Shown: piece after piece, positions 19,756 through 29,040 of the stretch
Layout: the number at the start of each line of letters is the position of its first letter
Position numbering within the stretch: the stretch's first letter is position 1
Origin: an uncultured Chloroflexota bacterium
GTDB lineage: Bacteria; Chloroflexota; Chloroflexia; Chloroflexales; Roseiflexaceae
Length of the DNA: 64,000 bases
Direction of reading: 5' to 3'
Assembly (NCBI GenBank): GCA_937876225.1
Contig: CALFIC010000078.1
Coordinates: forward strand, 20,402-84,401
Translations under genes and position numbers: made by a program
Notes under the pieces: generated by a model
What the model saw: the letters and a program-made list of their open reading frames with translations, nothing else
Told to the model about the DNA's origin: nothing
Database searches by the model: none

Positions 19756-22488
19756 ATGACGGAATCATTCCAACGCGCAAGTGAAATGGCCAAAGCCTAC
19801 GAACCACAACAGGTCGAGGAACGCCTATACCAATGGTGGGAATCCAAGGGATTTTTCCAACCATCCACCACCCCTACCGACAAAGCACCGTTCGTGTTGT
19901 CGATGCCACCGCCCAATGTCACCGGCGAGCTCCACATGGGTCATGCCATGTTTGTGACCCTCGAAGATGTGATTATTCGCTGGCAGCGCATGTGTGGCAA
20001 CCCCACGCTGTGGGTACCAGGCACCGATCACGCCGGCATCGCCACCCAACTCCAAGTCGAGCGCATGCTCATCCGCGAAGGAACCAGCCGCGTGGCCGTC
20101 GGCCGCGACGAGTTTTTGCGCCGCACCTGGGAATGGAAGGAAGAGTTCGGTGGCAAAATCACCCAACAACTCCGCCGCCTCGGCGCATCATGTGACTGGT
20201 CCCGCGAGCACTTCACCCTCGATCCCGGCCTTTCCCGGGCAGTACGGGTCGCCTTCAAAAAACTCTATGACGACGGGTTGATCTACCGCGGCATGCGTTT
20301 GGTGAATTGGTCACCAAACCTGCAGACCGCCGTGTCTGACCTCGAAGTAGAATACGAAGAGCGCGATGTCAATATGTGGCACATCCGCTATCCGATTGTC
20401 GAAAATTGGAGCGCGGGCGAATGGGGCAGTGGCCAATGGGCCGCCAACGCCCAAACCTATATCACTGTCGCTACCACCCGCCCCGAAACACTGATGGGCG
20501 ACGTAGCAGTAGCCGTTAACCCTGATGACGAACGCTATAAACACCTCATCGGCAAATTCGCCCTCATTCCCGCCGTCAACCGCAAAATCCCAATTGTGGC
20601 CGATGAACATGCTGATCCCGCCTTTGGCACGGGTGCTGTCAAAATCACCCCCGCCCACGATCACAACGACTATGCGGTAGCCCAACGCCAAAACTTACCC
20701 CTCATCAATATCATGAACCGCGACGCGACACTCAACGACCAAGCTGGCCCTTATGCGGGCATGGAACGCTTTGCCGCCCGCAAGCGCGTACTCGCCGACT
20801 TGCAAACCGAAGGGTTGCTGGTCGCGACACTGCCCCATCACATGTCGATTGGGATTAGCCAACGCGGTGGCGAAATCATTGAACCACTTCTCAGCGAGCA
20901 ATGGTTCGTCAAAATGCAACCACTGGCTGATTTGGCCCTCGATGCCGTGCGCACCGGTCACACCAAAATCATCCCCGACAACTTCGAACGCGTCTACTAC
21001 AATTGGCTCGAAAACATCCAAGATTGGTGTATCAGCCGCCAGCTCTGGTGGGGGCACCGCATCCCGGTGTGGTATACCGCCGACGGCCAAATGATCGTGC
21101 CCGGTCCTGATGATCCCGAGCCCACCGGCCCTGGCGTCTATCAAGACCCAGACGTGCTCGATACCTGGTTTTCGAGTGGCTTGTGGCCCTTTTCAACCCT
21201 CGGTTGGCCAGATCAAACCGATGATTTGCGCCGCTTTTATCCCACCAGCGTAATGGAAACCGGCTACGACATTCTCTTTTTCTGGGTCGCGCGTATGATG
21301 ATGCTCGGTTGCTACCTCACCGGTCAGGCTCCCTTCCATACCATCTATTTGCATGGCTTGGTACGCGACAAAGAAGGTCGCAAGATGAGTAAAACCTACG
21401 GCAACGTGGTAAATCCGCTCGATATCATGGCCCAATACGGCACCGACGCACTGCGATATACCTTGACCACCAGTAGCACCCCCGGCCAAGACCTCAACCT
21501 CAATCCCGAACGGATTGAATCAGGCCGGAATTTCTCGAACAAGCTCTGGAATGTCACTCGCTTCGTACTAGGGCGTTTTGGTGACTGGAAGCCCGATGCT
21601 TCGGCAATCGTCACCGGCCATTGTTTACTCAATTTCCCCTATACCGTGGCCGATCGTTGGATTATGTCACGCTATCAACGCCTGGTTGCAGACGTTGATC
21701 GTTTGATGCGCGCCTACAATTATGGCGAAGCAGCCCGCCAAATCCAAGATTTTGTCTGGAGTGAATTTGCCGACTGGTACGTCGAAATCGCCAAAGCTCA
21801 ATTAGAAGGCGATGACCGCCGTCAACTCTTGACCCGCGAAGTACTCTATACCGTACTCGAAGGATCACTCCGGATGCTCCATCCCTTCATGCCCTTTGTC
21901 ACCGAAGAAGCTTGGCAATATCTCACCGGCCGCATCGTCCTCGACACCGCAGCCGATTCGATTATGCTCGCGGGCTACCCCCAACCTGATGTAGCATTGC
22001 TCGACGAAGAAGCCGAACGACAGTTGCAAATGGCCAAAGATATCGTGGTGGGCATCCGTAATATCCGCGCTGAATACAAAGTCGAACCAGGCAAATTTAT
22101 TGGCGTAACCATCGTATCACCCCATCACGACACACTCGCAGCACAACGCGACGTGTTGGCTCGCCTTGCGCGCCTCAACCTCGATGAACTGAGCTTTGTA
22201 CCCACCCTAGCCAATCGCTCAAAAGCCGCAGCCACCGTCATCATCGGTGACATCGAAGTGTTTGTACCGCTGGCTGGGTTGATCGATTTGGATGCCGAGC
22301 GTCAACGTCTCACCAAAGAACTCACCGCTGCCCAGACCGATGCCGAACGCCGACGCACCCGCCTCGCCGATGAAACATTTGTCGGCAAGGCTCCGGCGAC
22401 AATCGTCCAACGTGAACGCGATGCCCTCGCAGCCGTCGATGCCCAAATCGCTCGCCTACAACAACGTTTAGCTGATTACAGTAATTAA
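19756..22488 (+). CDS. valS: Valine--tRNA ligase
   Basis: 910 aa with the class I HIGH-type motif PPNVTGELHMGH and the KMSKS motif (GRKMSKTYGN). It has a C-terminal coiled coil. Confidence 0.96.
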   Translation: MTESFQRASEMAKAYEPQQVEERLYQWWESKGFFQPSTTPTDKAPFVLSMPPPNVTGELHMGHAMFVTLEDVIIRWQRMCGNPTLWVPGTDHAGIATQLQVERMLIREGTSRVAVGRDEFLRRTWEWKEEFGGKITQQLRRLGASCDWSREHFTLDPGLSRAVRVAFKKLYDDGLIYRGMRLVNWSPNLQTAVSDLEVEYEERDVNMWHIRYPIVENWSAGEWGSGQWAANAQTYITVATTRPETLMGDVAVAVNPDDERYKHLIGKFALIPAVNRKIPIVADEHADPAFGTGAVKITPAHDHNDYAVAQRQNLPLINIMNRDATLNDQAGPYAGMERFAARKRVLADLQTEGLLVATLPHHMSIGISQRGGEIIEPLLSEQWFVKMQPLADLALDAVRTGHTKIIPDNFERVYYNWLENIQDWCISRQLWWGHRIPVWYTADGQMIVPGPDDPEPTGPGVYQDPDVLDTWFSSGLWPFSTLGWPDQTDDLRRFYPTSVMETGYDILFFWVARMMMLGCYLTGQAPFHTIYLHGLVRDKEGRKMSKTYGNVVNPLDIMAQYGTDALRYTLTTSSTPGQDLNLNPERIESGRNFSNKLWNVTRFVLGRFGDWKPDASAIVTGHCLLNFPYTVADRWIMSRYQRLVADVDRLMRAYNYGEAARQIQDFVWSEFADWYVEIAKAQLEGDDRRQLLTREVLYTVLEGSLRMLHPFMPFVTEEAWQYLTGRIVLDTAADSIMLAGYPQPDVALLDEEAERQLQMAKDIVVGIRNIRAEYKVEPGKFIGVTIVSPHHDTLAAQRDVLARLARLNLDELSFVPTLANRSKAAATVIIGDIEVFVPLAGLIDLDAERQRLTKELTAAQTDAERRRTRLADETFVGKAPATIVQRERDALAAVDAQIARLQQRLADYSN

Positions 22489-22555
22489 TCCACATTTGTG
22501 GTATTAATTATGCATTTGTGATATCATTAGTGATTTTTCACGCTACGGAGAACGT

Positions 22556-23599
22556 ATGCACCCACAACGTGTTTTTATTACCGGCGGCGCAGGTTTTCTT
22601 GGTATCAATCTCACGCGCTATTTGTTAAGCCGCGGGCACCAGGTCGTCTGCTACGATATTGCGCCATTTGATTATCCCGAACAGGTGCAGATTCAAGAAG
22701 TACGTGGCGATATTCGTGATGCTGATGCACTATATGCGGCGATGGAAGGGTGCGATTTGGTAGTCCATACCGCTGCCGCACTCCCCCTTTACTCGCCAAC
22801 CGACATCATGACCACCGATCTCGATGGCACCCGCAACGTGTTAACTGCTGCACACCGCCGCGGGATTACACGGGTTATCCACATTTCATCCACCGCTGTG
22901 TATGGCATTCCAGATCATCATCCCTTATTCGAAAATGACACCTTGGTTGGCGTGGGACCTTATGGCGAAGCCAAAGTCCAAGCCGAACAAATCTGTGTGC
23001 AATTCCGGAGCCAGGGCCTAGTGGTTCCTATTCTACGCCCCAAGTCGTTTGTGGGTCCAGAGCGATTAGGGGTGTTTGCCTTGTTGTATGACTGGGCCAA
23101 AGACGGTCATGGCTTCCCCATGATAGGCAGTGGCAATAATCGCTACCAATTTCTCGATGTCGAAGATTTGTGCCAAGCGATTTACCTGTGTGCAACCCTC
23201 GATGACGCAGTCGTCAATGATACATTCAATGTAGGCGCCAAGTTGTTTACAACCATGAAGGAAGACTATCAGGCGGTGCTTGATGTCGCCGGCTTCGGCA
23301 AAAAAATTGTACCATTACCAGCCACACCAGTCATCTGGACGTTGCGCTTCCTCGAACTCCTCAAACTTTCCCCATTATATAAATGGGTATACGAGACTGC
23401 GGTAACCGATTCATTTGTCTCGATTGAAAAAGCAGAACAGCGCCTCGGGTATAAGCCACAGTACTCCAACAAAGATGCGCTGATTCGTAATTATCACTGG
23501 TATGTCGCCAATCTCGCGAACTTCGCAAATAGTAGTGGGGTATCGCATCGCGTACCGTGGAAACAAGGTATTTTGGGAATTGCCAAACGCTTCTTCTAA
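22556..23599 (+). CDS. NAD-dependent epimerase/dehydratase family protein
   Basis: 347 aa with the Rossmann motif ITGGAGFLGINL and an SDR-extended YGEAK catalytic motif. Confidence 0.85.
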   Translation: MHPQRVFITGGAGFLGINLTRYLLSRGHQVVCYDIAPFDYPEQVQIQEVRGDIRDADALYAAMEGCDLVVHTAAALPLYSPTDIMTTDLDGTRNVLTAAHRRGITRVIHISSTAVYGIPDHHPLFENDTLVGVGPYGEAKVQAEQICVQFRSQGLVVPILRPKSFVGPERLGVFALLYDWAKDGHGFPMIGSGNNRYQFLDVEDLCQAIYLCATLDDAVVNDTFNVGAKLFTTMKEDYQAVLDVAGFGKKIVPLPATPVIWTLRFLELLKLSPLYKWVYETAVTDSFVSIEKAEQRLGYKPQYSNKDALIRNYHWYVANLANFANSSGVSHRVPWKQGILGIAKRFF

Positions 23600-23614
23600 G
23601 CTGACGGCACTGCA

Positions 23615-23656
23615 ACCGATACACAAGGGAAAACCCTGTGTATCGGTCTGTTTTTT
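23615..23656 (+). terminator. Rho-independent terminator after the epimerase gene
   Basis: Stem ACCGATACACA(A)GGG / CCCTGTGTATCGGT with one bulge and an AAAA loop, followed by CTGTTTTTT. Confidence 0.7.
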
Positions 23657-23671
23657 ATCGAGCATTACAAC

Positions 23672-24160
23672 ATGAACAAAAAACCTTCCCCTGTGATCAT
23701 CATCCTTTGCCTCATTGGTGGTATCACGATTTCGGTACTACTCGCCGTTATCACCGTACAACTCGCACGGACGCCAGCCCCTGCGGGTACTGTCGATCCG
23801 ATGCGACTCAATCAAAGCGAATTCCGTGAGCTTGGTCTGATTCCTACCACACCCCAACATTATATTTTGCGCCTCGTCGCCAAAGAATGGTTTTTTGATG
23901 TCGGCCAGATCCGTGATGCACCAGCCATCATCACGATTCCACAGTATAGTACGGTCACTCTGATTACGACGAGCATGGATGTGGTTCATTCCATCCAAAT
24001 TCCCGGCAATCCGGTCATCACCATCATTCCTGGCAAAATCCAACAACAAATCATCGTGTTTGATGCACCACAAACCTATACCATCCGCTGTGGCGCCTAT
24101 TGTGGTCCAAAACACGATCAAATGCAACTTACACTCGTGATTGCCCCAGCACAAAAATAA
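23672..24160 (+). CDS. Cytochrome c oxidase subunit II-like cupredoxin with a complete CuA ligand set
   Basis: 162 aa with a single N-terminal TM helix. DVVHSIQIP ... CGAYCGPKHDQM matches the H...CxxxCxxxHxxM pattern of CuA centres. Confidence 0.7.
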   Translation: MNKKPSPVIIILCLIGGITISVLLAVITVQLARTPAPAGTVDPMRLNQSEFRELGLIPTTPQHYILRLVAKEWFFDVGQIRDAPAIITIPQYSTVTLITTSMDVVHSIQIPGNPVITIIPGKIQQQIIVFDAPQTYTIRCGAYCGPKHDQMQLTLVIAPAQK

Positions 24161-24211
24161 TCAATGCTTATCGTGTTAATCTAGAACCACACCACTTGAC
24201 ATTTTTTGCAT

Positions 24212-24258
24212 CAAATCCCCGCACGCCTAATTAACGTACGGGGATTTGGTTTCATTTA
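24212..24258 (+). terminator. Terminator between convergent cupredoxin and lutC genes
   Basis: AAATCCCCGCACG / CGTACGGGGATTT form a 13-bp stem with one mismatch, followed by GGTTTCATTT. Confidence 0.5.
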
Positions 24259-24273
24259 ATATACGTATGCTAT

Positions 24274-24921
24274 TTATTCCACAATAAACACATCGAGTGT
24301 TCGTGGCCCATGGACTCCTTCCACCCGATTCAATTCAATATCTGAGGTCGCCGATGGTCCAGAAATAAAGGTATAGGGTTGCATAGGACTTTGCATCGTG
24401 GTTGCGAGTAGCGCAAATGCTTCAGGGACCACACCCACAATATCTTGAGCACGAATTATACATAGGTGATAATCAGGCAACAACGATATCATCCGTCGCC
24501 CTTGAAACTTGCCACCATCAAGCACGATTGTCCCTGTTTGGGCAATCCCCAGCGCAGCACCACTCAGGACACCATCCATGCCAGCAATAATCGTCCGATC
24601 AAGCTGTGTATCTCGGATAAATTCAATGCCTGCTGGCAACCATTCTGCTGGCAAATCCACTGGAATCACCATACGTTTTTTACCACGCATCGTTAACCGT
24701 TCAGACACCGCCTGTGCAATACCTCCAGTCGTACAGCGACCAACCCATGCCTTGTATTCAGCAACTCGATGAGCAAATAATTCTATCCGAACGGCCACAT
24801 TGCCATCGTCATGAGTGATGTATGCGTCACTAGTATGCGATTCATGAAAATCACCCCGTGAACCCGAATTGATAGCTGTGCGGATTTTCGCTAACATTGC
24901 ATTTCGACTTGAATTACTCAT
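24274..24921 (-). CDS. lutC: Lactate utilization protein C (LUD domain)
   Basis: Internal ATG (MSNSSRNAMLAKIRTAI) of ORF 24274..25041. It overlaps the lutB stop by 8 nt and is third in the lutABC order. Confidence 0.8.
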   Translation of the reverse strand: MSNSSRNAMLAKIRTAINSGSRGDFHESHTSDAYITHDDGNVAVRIELFAHRVAEYKAWVGRCTTGGIAQAVSERLTMRGKKRMVIPVDLPAEWLPAGIEFIRDTQLDRTIIAGMDGVLSGAALGIAQTGTIVLDGGKFQGRRMISLLPDYHLCIIRAQDIVGVVPEAFALLATTMQSPMQPYTFISGPSATSDIELNRVEGVHGPRTLDVFIVE

Positions 24922-26356
24922 CTCGCTGCCTTTCGCGCCACCAGTCCCGAAACGATTGTGGTGGAATTGCTGGGAAATCACGCATCGCCGTCCATTTGCC
25001 CAGAGGTCCAGGACCTTGTTCGATATATCCGTCATGCACAAAAGACCATTGCGCTAATTGCCCAGCATGTTGGGCAAGCTCATAGGTGTGTTGATGTGCA
25101 AATGTCGTCGCCATCGCCTTCATGCCCAAGTTTTCGCCATCAAACCAACTCTGTGGTTTGGTTTGCTTCTCGGCCACTACTTTGCCACGGAGATGCACCA
25201 ATACCTCGGGGATGTTGATCCGTACCGGGCAAACATCATAGCAGGCACCACACAACGACGAGGCATACGGTAATGAATCCGCATATGCAGTGCCCACTAA
25301 TTGTGGTGTCAAAATCGCACCAATTGGACCAGGATATACCGATCCATAGGCATGACCACCCGTACGCTCATAGACAGGACAGACATTGATACAGGCGCTA
25401 CAGCGAATGCAATGTAATGTCTGACGACCGACCGAATCAGCAAGTACATCACTTCGACCATTATCGAGCAATACCAAATGAAATTCTTGGGGACCATCAT
25501 TGGCATGCACACCCGTCCAAATACTCGTATATGGATTCATACGTTCGCCAGTCGATGAGCGTGGTAATAGTTGCATAAACACACCGAGGTCTTGCCAGCG
25601 CGGCAGGATTTTTTCGATACCCATCACACTAATCAAAACTTCTGGCATCGTTAAACACATCCGCCCATTGCCTTCAGATTCCACGACACAGACACTTCCT
25701 GTTTCTGCAATCGCAAAATTTGCACCACTGGTAGCCACCCGTACCGACATAAATTTCTCTCGCAAAAATTGACGCGCAGCTGCTGCTAATTCCGTTGGTT
25801 CATCGGTTAAATCTGGGAGGTTCATCGATTTCTGAAACAACGACCGTATTTCTGATCGGTTTTTATGGATTGCAGGTACAAGGATATGCGATGATTTTTC
25901 ATGCGCTAATTGGATAATTAATTCTGCCAAGTCCGTTTCGATCGCCGTTATCCCGGCTAATTCAAGCGCCTCATTCAAACGAATTTCATCTGTGGTCAAA
26001 GACTTTACTTTGATGATTTCTTTCGAACCAGTAGCATGAATCAATCGGGTTACAATTTCATTTGCTTCATGCGCATCTTTGGCCCAATGCACATGACCAC
26101 CAGCACGGGTTATTGCGTCTTCTAGTTGCACTAAGTACGTATCGAGGTGTTGGAGCACATCATCTTTGATGTGCTGCCCTGCTACCCGCAATGATTCCCA
26201 GTCTGAAAGTTCATTCACTACTGCAGCTCGTTTACCACGAATCGTTTGTGTTGCCTTACCCATATTGCGCCGCAATTGCGTATTTTGCAATGCAGTCTTA
26301 GCCCCCACTTCAAAGCGCGGCGCTAATTCAATGATGACCGATTCTGGTTTTTTCAT
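24914..26356 (-). CDS. lutB: Lactate utilization protein B (4Fe-4S)
   Basis: 480 aa with two ferredoxin-type Cys clusters (CIRCSACINVCPVY, CGACYDVCPV). Confidence 0.9.
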   Translation of the reverse strand: MKKPESVIIELAPRFEVGAKTALQNTQLRRNMGKATQTIRGKRAAVVNELSDWESLRVAGQHIKDDVLQHLDTYLVQLEDAITRAGGHVHWAKDAHEANEIVTRLIHATGSKEIIKVKSLTTDEIRLNEALELAGITAIETDLAELIIQLAHEKSSHILVPAIHKNRSEIRSLFQKSMNLPDLTDEPTELAAAARQFLREKFMSVRVATSGANFAIAETGSVCVVESEGNGRMCLTMPEVLISVMGIEKILPRWQDLGVFMQLLPRSSTGERMNPYTSIWTGVHANDGPQEFHLVLLDNGRSDVLADSVGRQTLHCIRCSACINVCPVYERTGGHAYGSVYPGPIGAILTPQLVGTAYADSLPYASSLCGACYDVCPVRINIPEVLVHLRGKVVAEKQTKPQSWFDGENLGMKAMATTFAHQHTYELAQHAGQLAQWSFVHDGYIEQGPGPLGKWTAMRDFPAIPPQSFRDWWRERQRDE

Positions 26357-26359
26357 TAT

Positions 26360-27088
26360 CTACTCCTGTGCCGCAAGAATTTCTGCAAGATGTGCAATCC
26401 GCACCCCGCTGCGTTGGCGATGCAAAGCCCCTCCAATATGCATCAAACACGAGTTGTCAGCCGCCACACACACCTCTGCCCGCGTATCCAATATGTGCCG
26501 AATCTTATCACCCAGCATCGCCATCGATGTATCTGCATTCTTTACTGCAAATGTCCCACCAAACCCACAACATTCATTTGATTGGGTCAGTGGAACATAA
26601 TCAATTCCACGTACTGCCCGCAATAATTGTTCCGGAGCATCACCCACTTTAATTCCTCGTAAAGAATGACAGGTAGGATGATATGTAACTCGGTGCGGGT
26701 AATATGCACCAACATCTTGTATCCCCAGTCGATTTACGATAAACTCCGAAAATTCAAATACCCGATCTGCTAACAATGCAACCTCATTTGCAAGCTTAGT
26801 GTCCTGGTGTACCTCAGCCGCAAAACGATACATGTCACGAACCATGCCAACACACGATGCAGACGGTGATACAATCACTTCATATTGCGAAAATATCTCT
26901 ACAAACCGCCGGATTAATGGCATCGCTTCAGCCTGGTATCCTGTATTAAAATGCATCTGCCCACAACACGTTTGTTCTTCTGGAAACATCACCTGATGAC
27001 CTAATCGTTCTACGATCGACACAACAGCCTTCCCTGTGTTGGGAAATAATGTGTCATTAAAACACGTAATAAAGAGCGCAACCTGCAT
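26360..27088 (-). CDS. lutA: Lactate utilization protein A (CCG-domain Fe-S oxidoreductase)
   Basis: 242 aa with CCG motifs (EQTCCGQ, NECCGFGGTFAVK). A 3-nt gap separates it from lutB. Confidence 0.9.
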   Translation of the reverse strand: MQVALFITCFNDTLFPNTGKAVVSIVERLGHQVMFPEEQTCCGQMHFNTGYQAEAMPLIRRFVEIFSQYEVIVSPSASCVGMVRDMYRFAAEVHQDTKLANEVALLADRVFEFSEFIVNRLGIQDVGAYYPHRVTYHPTCHSLRGIKVGDAPEQLLRAVRGIDYVPLTQSNECCGFGGTFAVKNADTSMAMLGDKIRHILDTRAEVCVAADNSCLMHIGGALHRQRSGVRIAHLAEILAAQE

Positions 27089-27121
27089 GTTACCCTCGCA
27101 TAAACAAATTCTTTCACCATT

Positions 27122-27140
27122 CTACACGAATCACGTGTAG
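27122..27140. promoter_or_regulatory. Inverted repeat CTACACG-N5-CGTGTAG upstream of lutA (candidate operator)
   Basis: 7-bp perfect arms, 34-52 nt upstream of the lutA ATG at 27088. Confidence 0.3.
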
Positions 27141-27144
27141 TGCA

Positions 27145-27182
27145 CACATACAAATTGTTTCACGTGAAACAATTTGTATGTG
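27145..27182. promoter_or_regulatory. parS site 1 (core 27156-27171) inside a 38-bp perfect palindrome
   Basis: CACATACAAATTGTTTCAC|GTGAAACAATTTGTATGTG, checked base by base. The core equals the consensus TGTTTCACGTGAAACA. Confidence 0.85.
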
Positions 27183-27801
27183 CGATCATCGACACCCACA
27201 AACACACTAGCACGTCGACCTAACACACTCAAACCATCACATTTATCTATGTCATCGTACAACAAATCTACTCATACACACGACACAATCACATATCACA
27301 CAATGATCAAAGTGGTTAGTCCATTCATGTACCACAAACACCCTCATGCCGGTTGTTTATACACACCCAACATCATCCTCGCCAACAAATCATCACACTT
27401 ACTCGGTGTACATCAAATATCACGTGTAAGCACCATATCGATCTACACATCCTCATGTCTGGCATACCAATCATTACCATGCGTATTTCCCAATCATCAG
27501 AATTATTAAGCACACTTCATCATCTGCAACAGACACAATTAACCTTCATCCCAATATAATAGACTTATCCCTACCATTAATCATGGCCAGCACACACATA
27601 TACAACCAAACATTTTTCATACTGTGCAGCCCTCATTAACTCCGTTGTTAGAGACATTTCTACATACACCAACAATTCATGTAAGCAACATGTTTGCCCA
27701 CACCAATACTAATATGCGAACTATACTATGTTCCAATGTCGTACAAGCAGATCTACTGACATTGCTTTCTCTGGGTTTTTATTAGCACTAATTGATGGTG
27801 G

Positions 27802-27823
27802 AATTGTTTCACGTGAAACAATT
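27802..27823. promoter_or_regulatory. parS site 2 (core 27805-27820) inside a 22-bp perfect palindrome
   Basis: AATTGTTTCAC|GTGAAACAATT. Confidence 0.85.
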
Positions 27824-28009
27824 TGATCTGTATTATGCCTTCATTGAACCCCAAAAACACCTTTTAAATCAGTTCATGAGCACTACTTCGTTACTGAAAT
27901 TTTCGTCTCTTCGATTGATTGAACATGAATATCAACATGATGCTGGTTTGTATTTTGACATATCGGTGTAATAATCCAGCGCACATCGTTACAAAATAAT
28001 AAAACCACA

Positions 28010-28061
28010 TATCAACCTTGCTAAAATTGTTTCACGTGAAACAATTTTAGCAAGGTTGATA
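28010..28061. promoter_or_regulatory. parS site 3 (core 28028-28043) inside a 52-bp perfect palindrome
   Basis: TATCAACCTTGCTAAAATTGTTTCAC|GTGAAACAATTTTAGCAAGGTTGATA, checked base by base. It lies about 160 nt upstream of parA. Confidence 0.85.
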
Positions 28062-28221
28062 CGACAGAGTTACATATATATAGTACAATCAACATATAAT
28101 AACGGAGCAAAATTTTGCAATACAAAAACAAACCGTACCTTTTGGAGTCGTTTAGACGGTAATAGAGTGGTACACATTAAGCAGTAATCTCGTGTAATCG
28201 ACAATTGATAGGAGTTGCGTT

Positions 28222-29040
28222 GTGACCGTACTCAATCAGACGCTTCAATCACCTCGCGCAGGCATTATTATTGCTTGTATGAATCAAAAAGGGGGGGTAG
28301 GAAAAACCACCACAGCTGTTAATCTTTGCGGAGAGTTTGCCAGACACAATCTGAAAGTATTGCTCATTGATTGTGATGCGCAAGGAAATGCAGCAACCAG
28401 TCTAGGGATTTCAAAGCGAGATCTCGAGTATACGACATACGAAGTCATCATGGCATCACACACCGCACAACAGACAATTCAACCAACCCGACGCGCAAAT
28501 TATGATATCATCGCTGCCAGTGAGCGGCTATCTGGCGTACAAGTTGAACTTGTTGATGTAGAACAACGTGAACATCGTTTAGCAGCGGCTCTCGAACCAA
28601 TTCGGCAATACTACGACATCATTATGCTCGATTGTCCACCAGCATTAGGCTTTGTTTCTATTAATGCCTTAGTTGCAGCAAACACGATTTGCATTCCATT
28701 ACAATGTGAGTTTCTCGCGCTCGAAGGTTTAGCACAACTCAAAAACATTATTGATCGTGTACACAGCCACCTCAATCCTCGACTTTCGATTCTTGGTGTA
28801 GTAATGACAATGTACGATGGTCGTACAAATCTTGCCCAACAAGTTGTAGATGAAGTACGCCGTTATTTTCCGGTGCACATTTGTCACGTGCCGATTCCTC
28901 GGAGTATTCGCGCTAGTGAGGCACCAAGCTACGGGCAAATGTTATATGAGTACGATCCAGAAGGTCGAGCCACTCGTGCCTATACGAGTGTTGCCGAAGA
29001 ATTGATGCAACGATTAAATCTCGTAGGAGGACAGCGATGA
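28222..29040 (+). CDS. parA: Chromosome partitioning ATPase ParA/Soj
   Basis: 272 aa with a GTG start after AGGAG. Deviant Walker A is NQKGGVGKTTTAVNL. The stop overlaps the parB ATG (ATGA). Confidence 0.93.
   Translation: MTVLNQTLQSPRAGIIIACMNQKGGVGKTTTAVNLCGEFARHNLKVLLIDCDAQGNAATSLGISKRDLEYTTYEVIMASHTAQQTIQPTRRANYDIIAASERLSGVQVELVDVEQREHRLAAALEPIRQYYDIIMLDCPPALGFVSINALVAANTICIPLQCEFLALEGLAQLKNIIDRVHSHLNPRLSILGVVMTMYDGRTNLAQQVVDEVRRYFPVHICHVPIPRSIRASEAPSYGQMLYEYDPEGRATRAYTSVAEELMQRLNLVGGQR

Noticed and set aside
27174-27509. 111-aa + strand ORF in the parS-containing gap
   Set aside because: It starts at a TTG inside the parS1 palindrome and has no RBS. The His/Thr/Ser/Pro-rich low-complexity translation follows directly from the CA-rich composition. 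I treat the region as non-coding.
27089-28221. The AT-rich 1.13-kb gap upstream of parA as the replication origin
   Set aside because: I found no perfect DnaA box there and only a few 1-2 mismatch matches (for example TTATACACA at 27357), whereas the gap at 44.9-45.3 kb has three perfect and six near-perfect boxes. It cannot be excluded without skew or marker-frequency data.
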